Notes: generated from the sequence alone by a model not told the origin. A stretch of DNA of 64,000 bases from an uncultured Bacilli bacterium (GCA_944359055.1 CALVSO010000004.1:508-64507), one strand, 5' to 3'; positions 49,711 through 61,213 are shown, counted from the first letter of the stretch. Made by a program: numbers and translations.

Positions 49711-52212
49711 TTAAATTTTAAAATCATCTAAAAAATCATCAATTGTTAATATTTTTTCATCAACTTCATCTAAAGAAATATCGATTATTTCTTCTTCAAA
49801 TTTTGGTGTTTCTTTTTCTTGTTTTGTTAAATTAATTATTTCAAAACAATCAACAATTCCTTTTTTGTTAATAACTGTTCCTGTTGAATATCTATCAACT
49901 ATAGGTAATTCGGTAACTTTAATATTTGTAATTTTATCAGTTAAAATACCTAATTTTTTAACATCAATAAATGATTTTAATATTTTATATGGATTAGTTT
50001 TAACATCTCTTACTAATAAAACACCACGTCTAGCTCTTGTAGATAATTCAAATTCAGATAATTTAACTCGTTTACCAGTACCATTAGTTGTAATAACTGT
50101 AATATAATCACTACTATCAAATAAATTACCACTAACCACATAATCATCTTTTAAATTAATAGCTTTAACACCGCTTGCTTTAATACCAACAATTGATATT
50201 TCATTAGTTTTATATCTTAATCCATAACCATTTAATGTTGTTATAAATACTTCACTTCCATTAGAATCAGTTACACTAACTAATTTATCATTACCTTTTA
50301 ATTTCATACAACACATCGGCTTGGAATATCTAGTTACTTTAAATTCATCTAATTTAGTTCGTTTAACCAATCCATCTTTACTAAATAAAGTTATATATTT
50401 ATTTTCATTAAAATCATAAACTGGAATACTATTTATAATATTTTCTTCACTATTTAATTTAATAATATTACTTATGTGTTTTCCTAATTCTTTCCATTTT
50501 AAATCTGGTAATTCATAGATAGGCACATATAAATAATTACCTAAATCTGTAAACAATAACAATGTATCTAAAGTATTCATTTGATATAAGCCAATAATAT
50601 AATCATTTTCTTTTAATAAAGTTTCACCATCATTAGCGTTATAACTTCTTAAAGAAACTCTTTTTACATATCCTTGTTTTGTAACTACTACTATACAATC
50701 TTCTTTAGGTATCATTGATGTAGTATCTATTTTAATATCTTCTACTTCATCTACTATAAGAGTTTTTCTTTCTGTTGCATATTCTTTTTTAATACTTCTT
50801 AATTCATCTTTCATAACTGTTTTTAGTTTATTTTCATCATTTAAAATACTTTCTAAAAATTCAATCATTAATTTTAAATTATCTTTTCTTTCTAATAATT
50901 CTGTAACATCAGTATTAGTTAATTTATATAATTGTAACATAACAATAGCTTCTGCTTGCTTTTCAGTAAAATCATATTCTTTTACCAAATTATCCTTAGC
51001 ATCACTTTTGTTTTTAGAACTTCTTATTGTTTTAATGACTTCATCTAAAATTGATAAAGCTTTAATTAAACCTTCTACTATATGCATTTCGGCTAAAGCA
51101 TGATCTAAATCAAATTTAGTTCTTTTCAAAATAACTTCTTTTTGATGAGCTATATAAGCATCTAATATTTGTAATATTCCCAATGTCATTGGTCTATTAT
51201 TTACAATAGCAACCATATTATAGTTAAAAGATATTTGCAAATCAGTATTTTTTAATAAGTAATTTATTATTAAATCACTATTGGCATCTTTTTTTAAGTC
51301 GATAACGATTGTTTCAGGATTTTCTAAATCTGATTCATCTCTTACTTCTTGTATTCCTTCAACTTTTTTATCTATTCTAATTTCATCTATTTTTTTTACT
51401 AAAGCTGCTTTATTAACATCAAAAGGGATTTCAGTAATTACTATTTGATCTTTACCTTTATTCTTTACAATTTCATACTTTGATTTTACTATTACTTTAC
51501 CACGTCCAGTAGTAAAAGCATCAATTATGCCTTGTTTTCCGCAAGCTATACCACCTGTTGGAAAATCTGGACCTTTTACTATATCTAAAATTGTATCTAA
51601 ATAACAATTAGGACTATCAATCCTTTTAATTGTCGCATCAATTATTTCACCCAAATTATGAGGTGGAATATTTGTTGCATATCCTGCAGATATACCATTA
51701 GAACCATTTACTAATAAATTAGGAAATTTAGCAGGTAATACAGTTGGTTCAAATAATGTATCATCATAATTATAAGTCATTATAACAGTATCTTTATTTA
51801 TATCTTTTAATAATTCATTACTTATTTTAGATAATCTTGCTTCTGTATAACGATAAGCAGCTGGACTATCACCATCCATTGACCCATTATTACCATGCAT
51901 ATCAATATATGGTGTATTTTGTTTCCACCATTGACTCATTCTTACCATTGCTTCATATATACTAGAGTCCCCATGTGGATGGTATTGTCCCATAACATCT
52001 CCTACTGTTTTAGCAGATTTACGATATGGTTTATCATAAGTATTTTTTCCTTGATACATTGTATATAATATTCTTCTTTGAACTGGTTTTAAGCCATCTC
52101 TTACATCAGGCAATGCTCTATCTTGAATAATTGTTTTAGAGTATCTTCCAAATCTTTCTCCCATTATATCTTCTAATGAATAATCATATATTCTTTTTAA
52201 AACATCTTGCAT
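49711..52212 (-). CDS. parC: DNA topoisomerase IV subunit A
   Basis: [45 protein letters not shown] and AA.RYTEARL. Confidence 0.96.
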   Translation of the reverse strand: MQDVLKRIYDYSLEDIMGERFGRYSKTIIQDRALPDVRDGLKPVQRRILYTMYQGKNTYDKPYRKSAKTVGDVMGQYHPHGDSSIYEAMVRMSQWWKQNTPYIDMHGNNGSMDGDSPAAYRYTEARLSKISNELLKDINKDTVIMTYNYDDTLFEPTVLPAKFPNLLVNGSNGISAGYATNIPPHNLGEIIDATIKRIDSPNCYLDTILDIVKGPDFPTGGIACGKQGIIDAFTTGRGKVIVKSKYEIVKNKGKDQIVITEIPFDVNKAALVKKIDEIRIDKKVEGIQEVRDESDLENPETIVIDLKKDANSDLIINYLLKNTDLQISFNYNMVAIVNNRPMTLGILQILDAYIAHQKEVILKRTKFDLDHALAEMHIVEGLIKALSILDEVIKTIRSSKNKSDAKDNLVKEYDFTEKQAEAIVMLQLYKLTNTDVTELLERKDNLKLMIEFLESILNDENKLKTVMKDELRSIKKEYATERKTLIVDEVEDIKIDTTSMIPKEDCIVVVTKQGYVKRVSLRSYNANDGETLLKENDYIIGLYQMNTLDTLLLFTDLGNYLYVPIYELPDLKWKELGKHISNIIKLNSEENIINSIPVYDFNENKYITLFSKDGLVKRTKLDEFKVTRYSKPMCCMKLKGNDKLVSVTDSNGSEVFITTLNGYGLRYKTNEISIVGIKASGVKAINLKDDYVVSGNLFDSSDYITVITTNGTGKRVKLSEFELSTRARRGVLLVRDVKTNPYKILKSFIDVKKLGILTDKITNIKVTELPIVDRYSTGTVINKKGIVDCFEIINLTKQEKETPKFEEEIIDISLDEVDEKILTIDDFLDDFKI

Positions 52213-52215
52213 AAC

Positions 52216-52761
52216 TCACCTACCTAATATTCTATTGATTATTGTTTTTAATGATTTAAAAAATATTTTAATATCAAATAATAAACTAAAATTATCATAA
52301 TATTCTATATCACATTTTAAAGTATCTTTATAGCTTAATTTTCTTCCGCCATAAACTTGCGCTAAACTGATGATTCCTGGTTTTACTAAATATCTCTTAG
52401 GACTTATTTTTCCTTCGGGTAACTTTTCACCACATATAAATGCTCTAGGACCAATAATAGACATATCCCCTTTTAAAACATTATAAAATTGTGGTAATTC
52501 ATTTAAGCCAGTATCATCTATAAATTTACTTATTTTACTATAATGACTATTACCATTTTTATCATATATTCTTGTTCTTATTTTATACATATAAAATGGT
52601 TTTTTATTTTTTCCTTCTCTAGGAATTTTTATATCAATTAATGGTAACCCAATATCTAAAAATGTAATTATTAAAACTAACAACATAAATGGAAAAGTTA
52701 GTATAATAAATATTATAGATAAAATTATATCTAAAAATCTTTTTAATATTTCATATCTCAT
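52216..52761 (-). CDS. Monotopic phosphoglycosyl transferase (Bac_transf/PglC-like), atypical
   Basis: KRFLDI, PF.MYK.RT, LNELPQFYNVLKGDMSIIGPR, R..VKPGI and D.EY....S...D.KI. Confidence 0.85.
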   Translation of the reverse strand: MRYEILKRFLDIILSIIFIILTFPFMLLVLIITFLDIGLPLIDIKIPREGKNKKPFYMYKIRTRIYDKNGNSHYSKISKFIDDTGLNELPQFYNVLKGDMSIIGPRAFICGEKLPEGKISPKRYLVKPGIISLAQVYGGRKLSYKDTLKCDIEYYDNFSLLFDIKIFFKSLKTIINRILGR

Positions 52762-54659
52762 TTTCTATAATCATCCTGTAAAGTAAAATCAACGTTTTCT
52801 TCTATCCATTCTTTTCTTGGCTCTACTTTATCTCCCATTAAAATACTTACTCTTTTTTCGGCTAAGGCAACATCAGTTATATTAATTTTAACTAAACTTC
52901 TAGTATCTGGATTCATTGTTGTCTCCCATAATTGATCAGCGTTCATTTCTCCTAATCCTTTATATCTTTGAGTTTCTAATTTAACTTTTGATTTTTCTAA
53001 TATTTCTTTTCTTTCTTCATCAGTCCATGCATAATAAATTGTTTTACCGTTAAATAATTTATATAAAGGTGGCATAGCAATATATAATTTACCATGTTCA
53101 ATTAATGGTTTCATATATCTATAAAAGAAAGTTAATAATAATACTTGAATATGCGCCCCATCATCATCAGCATCGGTCATAATTATAACTTTATCATAAT
53201 TACAATCTTTAATATCGAAATCACTACCAACACCAGCTCCAACTGTATGAATGATAGTATTTATTTCCTCATTTTTAAATATTTCTTCTAGTTTAGTTTT
53301 TTCGCAGTTTAAAACTTTACCTCTTAAAGGTAATATTGCTTGAAATTTTCTATCTCGCCCTTGTTTAGCAGATCCACCCGCTGAATCTCCTTCAACTAAA
53401 AATAATTCATTTTTATTTGGATTTTTAGTTTGAGCAGGAGTTAATTTACCTGATAAAGCTTGTTCTTTTTTATTTTTTCCCTTACCATTTCTTGCTTCAT
53501 CACGAGCTTTTCTTGCCGCTTCTCTAACCATTTTGCTTTTAACCATTTTATTTAATATATCAGTAGCAATAGCTTTATTTTCTTCTAAGAAAAATTGTAA
53601 TTTTTCACTTGTTATACTTTCTACAATTGTTCTAGCTACTGGTGTACCTAATTTTGCTTTTGTTTGTCCTTCAAATTGAAGTAAAGCTTCTGGTATTTGT
53701 AAACTTATTATAGCAGTTAAACCTTCTCTTGTGTCAGTTCCTTCTAAATTTTTATCTTTAGCTTTTAAATAACCATTAGTTTTTGCATAATCATTAAACA
53801 CTTTAGTTAAAGCTGTTTTAAACCCTACTTCATGTGAACCACCATCAGTAGTTTTTACATTATTAACAAAACTAATTATATTTTCAGAATAGGTATCAGT
53901 ATATTGAAATGCAATTTCAACATTAATTCCTTCTTTACTACCTTCAAAATGAACTACTTTATGTAATTCACTTTTACCATCATTTAAATATTCAACAAAT
54001 GATTTTAATCCATTATCATAACAAAAAACTTCTTGCTTATTATCTTCTTCATCAATTACTTCAACAGTTAAACCTTTAAGTAAAAAAGCTGATTCTTGCA
54101 TTCTTTCACATATTGTTGTAAAAGAAAAATGCGTTGTACTAAAAATAGTATCATCAGGCATAAATCTAACTTTAGTACCAGTTTTACTTGTTTTTTCTAA
54201 TTTCTTTAAAGGTATTTTTACTTTCCCGCCATCTTCAAATCTAATATAATGAACATAACCATCTCTTTTAATGGTTACTTCCATCCATTTACTTAAAGCA
54301 TTAACTACAGATCCACCTACACCATGTAATCCACCTGATACTTTATATCCGGCATTTTCAAACTTTCCACCAGCATGTAATACTGTATATATAACTTCAG
54401 GAGTAGACATACCAGATTCATGCATTCCAACTGGTACTCCTCTTCCTTCATCTTCTACACTCACTGAACCATCTTTGTGAATAATTATTTTTATTTTTTT
54501 ACCAAATCCATTTAATACTTCATCAATACTATTATCTACAATTTCCCATACTAAATGGTGTAATCCTCTTTTATCTGTTGAACCAATATACATACCAGGT
54601 CTTTTCCTTACAGCTTCTAAGCCTTCTAGTATTTTTATTGAACTTTCATTGTATGCCAT
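52758..54659 (-). CDS. parE: DNA topoisomerase IV subunit B
   Basis: LEGLEAVRKRPGMYIGST, SGGLHGVG, LVEGDSAGGSAKQGRDR, MTDAD.DGAHI and MGDKVEPR. Confidence 0.96.
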   Translation of the reverse strand: MAYNESSIKILEGLEAVRKRPGMYIGSTDKRGLHHLVWEIVDNSIDEVLNGFGKKIKIIIHKDGSVSVEDEGRGVPVGMHESGMSTPEVIYTVLHAGGKFENAGYKVSGGLHGVGGSVVNALSKWMEVTIKRDGYVHYIRFEDGGKVKIPLKKLEKTSKTGTKVRFMPDDTIFSTTHFSFTTICERMQESAFLLKGLTVEVIDEEDNKQEVFCYDNGLKSFVEYLNDGKSELHKVVHFEGSKEGINVEIAFQYTDTYSENIISFVNNVKTTDGGSHEVGFKTALTKVFNDYAKTNGYLKAKDKNLEGTDTREGLTAIISLQIPEALLQFEGQTKAKLGTPVARTIVESITSEKLQFFLEENKAIATDILNKMVKSKMVREAARKARDEARNGKGKNKKEQALSGKLTPAQTKNPNKNELFLVEGDSAGGSAKQGRDRKFQAILPLRGKVLNCEKTKLEEIFKNEEINTIIHTVGAGVGSDFDIKDCNYDKVIIMTDADDDGAHIQVLLLTFFYRYMKPLIEHGKLYIAMPPLYKLFNGKTIYYAWTDEERKEILEKSKVKLETQRYKGLGEMNADQLWETTMNPDTRSLVKINITDVALAEKRVSILMGDKVEPRKEWIEENVDFTLQDDYRK

Positions 54660-54770
54660 GTTATCACCTATTTAATTATAACCTAAAAAACTTTATTTTT
54701 CAAGTCAATTTGATATTTACATTTAAAAGAATATATGGTATATTTATGCATAGAATAGGAGTAGATATAT

Positions 54771-56651
54771 ATGAATGAAAATTTAAACAATCAAGAGAAT
54801 TTAAATAATTCTCAGACTATTAGTAGTCAACCGACACAACCTGTGCAGCCAACTCAACCTGTACAACCAACTCAACCTGCACAACCAACTCAACCTGTGC
54901 AACCAACTCAGCCTGTACAACCAACTCAGCCTGTACAGCCAACTCAACCTATGCAACCAACCCAACCTGTGCAACCAAGTCAACCAGAAATAGATGATAG
55001 TTTCAAAGACATTAAAAGCAGCAAACCAATAATATTTATAATAATATTAATCTTATTATTAATTGGTGTTGGAGTTGGAGTATTCTTTATTTTAAATAAA
55101 GCAAAAGATCCACAAGTTATATTTAAAGAATCTTTTAATCAAGTAAAAGAACAATTTAATAAATTAATTGATACTGTTGATAAAAATGATAACGGAGAAG
55201 AAATTAATAAATTAACATTCGATGGAACATTAAAACTTGGAACCAATATTGAAGGATTTGAAGAATTAGAAAACTATAAATTTGATATTTTAGAAGAAAT
55301 TGATTACACTAATAAATATCTTAGTTCACAATTAGCTTTCGGAAACGAAGAAAAAGACATTATTACATTATTAACTTACCTTGTTGATAACCAAATGTTT
55401 TTAGAAACAGATTTACTTAATAAAACTATAAAAATTGGCGAAACTGATTTTAGTGAATATTTTAGTGATAATAATACATTAAATCAAGATTTAGAAGATA
55501 TTAAATATATAATTAATAATTTAATTGATTATACTAGTGATTCTTTAATTGCCGAGAAATTTGAAAAAACCAATGAAAAAATTAATATTAATGATAAAGA
55601 ATTAGAAGTAATTGCTAATGCATATATTTTAGATAATGATACCTTAAACACTATGAAAAATTCAATCATTGACAAAATATTAAACGATGAAAAATTTATT
55701 AAGATATTAGCTAAATTAAGTGAAACAACTACTGATGAAATAAAAGAACAATTAAATGAAGAAAAAAATAATTCAATCGAAGATAATATACTAGCAGCAT
55801 ATGAAAGTGAAGCTAATATGATTTTATCTAGTATCAACAGTTATTGTTCACTAACAGATATGAAAAAAGAATATGGTATTTTAACTGAAGATGATGTAGA
55901 TTGTTCAAATAAAAGTAATTTTACTAAAGAAGAATTAGATAAAATTGTTTATTTGAATGGAGCTGAAATAGAAAAATTAACTTACAATGATGAAGTCACT
56001 GAATTAGTAATAAAATTTGATAATTACACTTATACACTAAATAATGGTTCTTGGAATCATGAAAAAACAGCTGAAGAAATAATCACAAAAGCAATTATTT
56101 ACACTTATAAAAATAAATTTGTCGGCTTTAAATTAGATGAAAATGAAGATTATATTAGTTATACAGATTATGAAAATATTCAAAACTTTATTATAAAAAT
56201 TGATGATGAAGAAATTTTAACAGCTTCATCTGATGAAAATAATATTGAAATATCTTTAAATGACAATAATAATAGTATTACTATTAATTATGATAAAATA
56301 ACTAAAATAGCTAACATGACATTTGACATTGATGATGAAATAGTTAATGTAAAATTAAAATTAAGCTATAATAAAGTGACTGATACTGAATATGCCTTCA
56401 ATATAGATTTAACTCTAAATTATACAACTGAAGAAGAAAATTTTGAATTTACTGTTAATTTAAACATGAATGAATATATTAATAAAGATATTGAAATAAA
56501 TAAACCAAATAGTTATATCGAACCTGATGAATTAACTGATCAAGATTATCAAGAAATATTTACTAACTTATATGAAAATGTAAAAGGAACATCATTAGAA
56601 GAATTTTTAAATTTATTACTTAGTAACAATAATTCATTAGATATTTATTAA
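54771..56651 (+). CDS. Single-TM surface protein with a cytoplasmic QPx repeat
   Basis: N-terminal (QPT/QPV)n, TM segment [22 protein letters not shown], and a large acidic extracellular part. Confidence 0.8.
   Translation: MNENLNNQENLNNSQTISSQPTQPVQPTQPVQPTQPAQPTQPVQPTQPVQPTQPVQPTQPMQPTQPVQPSQPEIDDSFKDIKSSKPIIFIIILILLLIGVGVGVFFILNKAKDPQVIFKESFNQVKEQFNKLIDTVDKNDNGEEINKLTFDGTLKLGTNIEGFEELENYKFDILEEIDYTNKYLSSQLAFGNEEKDIITLLTYLVDNQMFLETDLLNKTIKIGETDFSEYFSDNNTLNQDLEDIKYIINNLIDYTSDSLIAEKFEKTNEKININDKELEVIANAYILDNDTLNTMKNSIIDKILNDEKFIKILAKLSETTTDEIKEQLNEEKNNSIEDNILAAYESEANMILSSINSYCSLTDMKKEYGILTEDDVDCSNKSNFTKEELDKIVYLNGAEIEKLTYNDEVTELVIKFDNYTYTLNNGSWNHEKTAEEIITKAIIYTYKNKFVGFKLDENEDYISYTDYENIQNFIIKIDDEEILTASSDENNIEISLNDNNNSITINYDKITKIANMTFDIDDEIVNVKLKLSYNKVTDTEYAFNIDLTLNYTTEEENFEFTVNLNMNEYINKDIEINKPNSYIEPDELTDQDYQEIFTNLYENVKGTSLEEFLNLLLSNNNSLDIY
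54828..54986 (+). repeat. Coding tandem repeat, 18-bp unit (QPTQPV) about 9 times
   Basis: CAACCAACTCAACCTGTG-like units encoding 17 QPx tripeptides. Confidence 0.95.
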
Positions 56652-56673
56652 AAGTGTTTTCGAACACTTTTTT
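56650..56673 (+). terminator. Intrinsic terminator
   Basis: AAAAGTGTT-TTCG-AACACTTTT plus a T-run. Confidence 0.8.
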
Positions 56674-56715
56674 TATTTTATTAAATATGATAAAATTAAT
56701 TTAGGTGATTTTAAA

Positions 56716-57657
56716 ATGACTATTACTTTGAAAGTTAGTGAAAATACTAAACAAAAAATGATTGAATACTTTGAAGATAAAAAAAGACCTAAAACTCCTG
56801 ATTATGCTATATTTCAAGCCGATGAAGCAGATACAGTAGTTACTTTGTATAATTCAGGAAAAGCTGTTTTTCAAGGTGTAAGTGCGGATATAGACGCTAA
56901 TATGTGGAAAGAAATGGAAAGACATTTAAATCCTACTAAAAAAGTAGAAATGACTAATAGTAATGATAAAAAGAAAAAAGAAAAAATTATTGAAAAAATA
57001 GATCCTAAGATATATTATGCTAATACTATTGGTTCTGATGAAGTTGGAACTGGTGATTACTTTGGTCCAATAGTTGTTACTGCTAGTTATGTTGAAAAAG
57101 AAAATATTCCTTTTCTAGAACAATTAGGTGTCAAAGATTCAAAGAAACTAACTGATGAAAAAATATTAGAAATAGTGCCACAAATAATAAAAAAAATACC
57201 TTACGAATGTATTATTTTATCCAATAAAGAATATAATGAAAATTATACTAACGATATGAACATGAACAAAGTAAAAGCAATATTACATAATAAAGCATTA
57301 AGTAAATTAAAAGAAAAATATCAGGCTGATTATGTTGTTGTTGATCAATTTGCGCAACCATTTGTATATTATAACTATTTAAAAGGTACAAACTATGTAA
57401 GAAACATTACTTTTATGACAAAAGCAGAAGATAAATGTTTATCTGTTGCCTGTGCTTCTTTAATTAGTAGATACGTATTTCTAAAACAATTTGATAAATT
57501 AGGAGAATCTATCGATACATTTTTAATTAAGGGTGCCAGCGATAAAGTTGATGAATTAGGTGTTAAAATAGTTAAAAAATATGGATTTGACAAATTGAAA
57601 GAAATTGCCAAATTAAATTTTAAAAACACCGAAAAAATTAAAAATTTAATAAATTAA
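56716..57657 (+). CDS. rnhC: Ribonuclease HIII
   Basis: N-terminal TBP-like Y.SGKAVFQG, IGSDEVGTGDYFGP, GVKDSKKLTD, VDQF and SVACASLISR. Confidence 0.95.
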   Translation: MTITLKVSENTKQKMIEYFEDKKRPKTPDYAIFQADEADTVVTLYNSGKAVFQGVSADIDANMWKEMERHLNPTKKVEMTNSNDKKKKEKIIEKIDPKIYYANTIGSDEVGTGDYFGPIVVTASYVEKENIPFLEQLGVKDSKKLTDEKILEIVPQIIKKIPYECIILSNKEYNENYTNDMNMNKVKAILHNKALSKLKEKYQADYVVVDQFAQPFVYYNYLKGTNYVRNITFMTKAEDKCLSVACASLISRYVFLKQFDKLGESIDTFLIKGASDKVDELGVKIVKKYGFDKLKEIAKLNFKNTEKIKNLIN

Positions 57658-57658
57658 T

Positions 57659-57690
57659 AAAAAAATCCTTCTTTAATTGGAAGGATTTTT
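57659..57690. terminator. Bidirectional terminator
   Basis: AAAAATCCTTC-TTTAATTG-GAAGGATTTTT. Confidence 0.8.
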
Positions 57691-58220
57691 TAATAATTAT
57701 ATATTCCATTTATTTTATCATAAGTATCACTATCTAATTTTTCAACATTCCATTTGTCATTTATTCTAGTTAAATTAATTTCTATTGTATATCTTACTTT
57801 TTCTTTAGCGTCTTTTAATTTTTCTAATTTGTAATCATTAAATTTAGTTACACTATATTCACCATTTTCATAGAATTGTTCCTTATTATCATTCATATAG
57901 TTATTAGCTTCATCTAATACTCTTTTAAAATCTGTTACAGATATTTCCACAGTTACCACTGCTTCATCACCATCCATTATTTCATCTTTAATTTCATAGC
58001 TTAAATTTTGATAATGTTTTTTCATTATATCAATATATTTTTCTTTTTGTGATTCATTCAAATCGCTTTCATTAACAACATTATTTAAATCCGTTAATAC
58101 ACTATTATCTAAAGTTTGATATTTTTTTAAAAACTCTTCTGTTTTTTTGGTTGGTGTATTTGATAAATCATTACATCCTACTAATAAAAATAAAAAAAGT
58201 ATACATATTAATTTTTTCAT
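57690..58220 (-). CDS. Lipoprotein (NTF2-like hypothetical)
   Basis: Lipobox LVGC, Y.IKDE..DGD.A.VTVEI.V, and W near the C-terminus. Confidence 0.75.
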   Translation of the reverse strand: MKKLICILFLFLLVGCNDLSNTPTKKTEEFLKKYQTLDNSVLTDLNNVVNESDLNESQKEKYIDIMKKHYQNLSYEIKDEIMDGDEAVVTVEISVTDFKRVLDEANNYMNDNKEQFYENGEYSVTKFNDYKLEKLKDAKEKVRYTIEINLTRINDKWNVEKLDSDTYDKINGIYNY

Positions 58221-58239
58221 ATAATCATCCTTTCATATA

Positions 58240-58268
58240 TAGTTTGATTAAAAATTAATATTATATAC
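58240..58268 (-). promoter_or_regulatory. sigG-like promoter of the lipoprotein gene
   Basis: GTATA, 17-nt spacer, CAAACTA. Confidence 0.5.
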
Positions 58269-58276
58269 TTGTTATT

Positions 58277-59842
58277 TTAATTTGATAATAATACTGCGCG
58301 AGTAGAATGGTCAGTTGAAGCTTGACCATTTTGAGTGGAAAATGTAAATATCCCAGCATCACTCCCAGAATTTGCCTTGCTGTGGCCTCTATAAAACCAA
58401 GGGTTTGTAGAATTTGGAATAACGGAAAAATCATTATACCAGCCCCCACTAGTAGTTCCAAATGTCTTTAATGTTTCTTTTGTTGCATCTCCTAATTTTC
58501 CTCGTCCGTGGATTATACCGGATGTGTTATATGTGTAACTATCATAATACTTTGAATTCGGAGCAACAACAAATCCTGCGCTACCAGAATAAAAAGAGCT
58601 ACTGGTATTTACCATATTACCCATAACCATTTCCCATGATCCTCCATTCATATCATATACACCATAAATATTTTTAGTAGTTGATTGGGCAATGTTTGTT
58701 TTGTATGCATTAGATGTTCCTCCACCAGTATAATAACTATTATTAGAATTTACTGTAACTTCTACACACGTTCCATCTGTACATGTTCCATATTTACTAT
58801 GCGATAAATATGCTATTGCTCCCCATTCCATATTTTTGATCATATGTGAGTCACCATTAATTGAATATACATTATTTAAATTTTGAATAGAGTAAAAGTA
58901 ATTAGATAATGTTACATTTCTTAAGCTAGCAACATTTGGCTTTATTGTTATATTATTTATACTTCCACTTACTTCAAATTTTCCTACCCAAAATCCGGTT
59001 AATTCTTGATTGCCAAATGTAAATGCCGGATGAGTATACCAATTACCATTTACTGCATTTTCACATATTTCGCTCACTGTTGCAGCAGTTCCAGATATAG
59101 TATCAGTACATGTTACATTACCACTAGATACAATATCTGTTTCAAATTTTATTTGAATTTCTTGTTCTACAACACCACCATTATCAGCATTAAATAATTG
59201 ATATTTATATCTAGGTATCCATACATACCAAAGTGCTATTTCACTTTCAGTTATTGTATCTCCTACATTTTTTGTAACACCACTATTTAATACTACAACA
59301 TTTGCCCATTCTTTTGCATCATAATCATACCATTCTTTTTTAATATCTGCATATATCCAATTTGTTCCGTCATATTTGACAGGTATCATATTATTCAATA
59401 ATAACGGCTGATTAGCTCCGCTGTTATCCACATAATATTCTTCTTCCGGATCAGAAGGATCTACTGTAACACCAATACAATTATTGTTCATATTATAACT
59501 ATAATTATTATTTTCAACTTTAATTTCTATTATATTATCAGTAGATATTTCTTCACCAGTTACTGAATCATATACTTTAGTTGGTAAATATTCTCCTTTA
59601 ATTAGTGTTTCTATAGTTACACAATAAACATTACCTTCAGTTTTTGGTAAACTATTTGAATTATCAGAAGTATATAATCCAACCGCATTATATAATATCT
59701 CTTTACTAGCATCACTTATTTCACTTTTAGTCTCTCTAATTGCATTTAAAATAGGTGGGAAAGCTAATAAAGCTATCAAAGCCAAAATAATAACTACACC
59801 TATCAATTCAGTTAAAGTAAACCCTTTTTTCAAATTAACCAC
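58277..59842 (-). CDS. Type IV pilin-like protein fused to a C-terminal FGE-sulfatase/CLec-like domain; likely TTG start at 59833
   Basis: Class III signal KKG|FTLTELIGVVIILALI. VWIPRY, HPAF, GFWVGKFE, EWGAIAYL, GVYDMNGGSWE, PWFYRG, AGIF and STRAVL. Confidence 0.85.
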   Translation of the reverse strand: MVNLKKGFTLTELIGVVIILALIALLAFPPILNAIRETKSEISDASKEILYNAVGLYTSDNSNSLPKTEGNVYCVTIETLIKGEYLPTKVYDSVTGEEISTDNIIEIKVENNNYSYNMNNNCIGVTVDPSDPEEEYYVDNSGANQPLLLNNMIPVKYDGTNWIYADIKKEWYDYDAKEWANVVVLNSGVTKNVGDTITESEIALWYVWIPRYKYQLFNADNGGVVEQEIQIKFETDIVSSGNVTCTDTISGTAATVSEICENAVNGNWYTHPAFTFGNQELTGFWVGKFEVSGSINNITIKPNVASLRNVTLSNYFYSIQNLNNVYSINGDSHMIKNMEWGAIAYLSHSKYGTCTDGTCVEVTVNSNNSYYTGGGTSNAYKTNIAQSTTKNIYGVYDMNGGSWEMVMGNMVNTSSSFYSGSAGFVVAPNSKYYDSYTYNTSGIIHGRGKLGDATKETLKTFGTTSGGWYNDFSVIPNSTNPWFYRGHSKANSGSDAGIFTFSTQNGQASTDHSTRAVLLSN

Positions 59843-59845
59843 CTC

Positions 59846-61213
59846 TTAATATTCACAATTTCCTGGTGTACGAGGATAAGGTATTACATCACGAATATTT
59901 TCAACACCAGTTAAATAAATTAATAATCTTTCAAATCCCATTCCGAATCCTGAATGAACACATCCACCAAATTTACGTAAGTTCAAATACCATTCCATAC
60001 CATCCATTGGCATATTTAATTCTTTCATTCTATTAATTAATTTATCATAATCTTCTTCTCTTTGAGAACCACCCATTAATTCGCCTGCTCCTGGTACCTC
60101 TAAATCAACAGCAGCAACTGTTTTACCATCTGGATTAGCTTTCATATAAAAGGCTTTAATATCTTTAGGCCAATCGGTGATAAATACTGGACCATTAAAA
60201 TATTCAGTAATATATTTTTCATGTTCTTTAGCAATGTCTTCGCCATATTCAGGTTTAAATTCAAAATCAACTTTAGCTTCTTTTAATATTTTTATTACTT
60301 CTTTATGAGTAATTCTAGTAAATTTAGAATTAACTAATTTGTTTAATTTATCAATTAATCCTTTTTCTACAAATTGATCTAAAAATTTCATTTCTGATGG
60401 ACAATTATCTAAAACATACTTAACTACATATTTAAGCATTTCTTCCATTATGTCCATATCTTGTTTTAAATCACAAAAAGCTATTTCTGGTTCAATCATC
60501 CAAAATTCAGAAGCATGTGTTTTTGTATTAGAATTTTCTGCTCTAAAAGTTGGACCAAAAGTATAAGTCTTTTTATAAGCTAAAGCAAAAGTTTCAGCTT
60601 GTAATTGACCAGATACTGTTAAATTTGCTGGTTTACCAAAAAAGTCTTTGCTATAATCTGGTTTACCATTTACTCTATTTAGATCTAAAGTAGTTACTTG
60701 AAACATTTCACCTGCTCCTTCACAATCACTTGCTGTAATTATAGGTGCATGAAAATATACATAACCATTATTTTGAAAATAATTATGAATTGCGAAAGCA
60801 GCAACACTTCTTACTCTAAATACTGCTTGAAATAAGTTAGTACGTGGTCTTAAATAAGCTACTTCCCTTAGAAATTCTCTTGTATGTCTTTTTGGTTGAA
60901 TTGGATAATCTTCCGGACAATCACCTAACAAAATAACATCTTTGGCTGTTACTTCATAATCTTGTCCTGATCCTAAAGATTTAGATAAAGTTCCTACTAC
61001 TTTAATAGCGCATCCTACTCTTAATTTAGATATAAAATCAAAATTAGACAATTTGTTGTCGTAAACAATTTGAATACTTTTAAAACAAGTTCCATCATAA
61101 AAATCAATAAAGCCAAATTCTTTTTGTTTTCTATGATTTCTAATCCAACCTTCTAAAATAACTTCTTTAGATAAATATTGTTCAATATTTTCATATAATT
61201 TTTTTAAATCCAT
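59846..61213 (-). CDS. asnS: Asparagine--tRNA ligase
   Basis: GWIR, LTVSGQL, FGPTFRAENSNT..H.SEFWMIEPE, GGSQREE, GFGMGFER and NIRDVIPYPR. Confidence 0.97.
   Translation of the reverse strand: MDLKKLYENIEQYLSKEVILEGWIRNHRKQKEFGFIDFYDGTCFKSIQIVYDNKLSNFDFISKLRVGCAIKVVGTLSKSLGSGQDYEVTAKDVILLGDCPEDYPIQPKRHTREFLREVAYLRPRTNLFQAVFRVRSVAAFAIHNYFQNNGYVYFHAPIITASDCEGAGEMFQVTTLDLNRVNGKPDYSKDFFGKPANLTVSGQLQAETFALAYKKTYTFGPTFRAENSNTKTHASEFWMIEPEIAFCDLKQDMDIMEEMLKYVVKYVLDNCPSEMKFLDQFVEKGLIDKLNKLVNSKFTRITHKEVIKILKEAKVDFEFKPEYGEDIAKEHEKYITEYFNGPVFITDWPKDIKAFYMKANPDGKTVAAVDLEVPGAGELMGGSQREEDYDKLINRMKELNMPMDGMEWYLNLRKFGGCVHSGFGMGFERLLIYLTGVENIRDVIPYPRTPGNCEY

Noticed and set aside
54801-54983. Repetitive 60-aa ORF (WLHRLS)n
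   Set aside because: It is the reverse complement of the QPT/QPV coding repeat.
54828-54986. Possible CRISPR array
   Set aside because: Contiguous in-frame units with no unique spacers, and no cas genes in the window.
58200-59900. Complete DGR at the pilin-CLec gene
   Set aside because: I found no reverse transcriptase, avd or template repeat in the window, so it is reported only as a candidate remote target.
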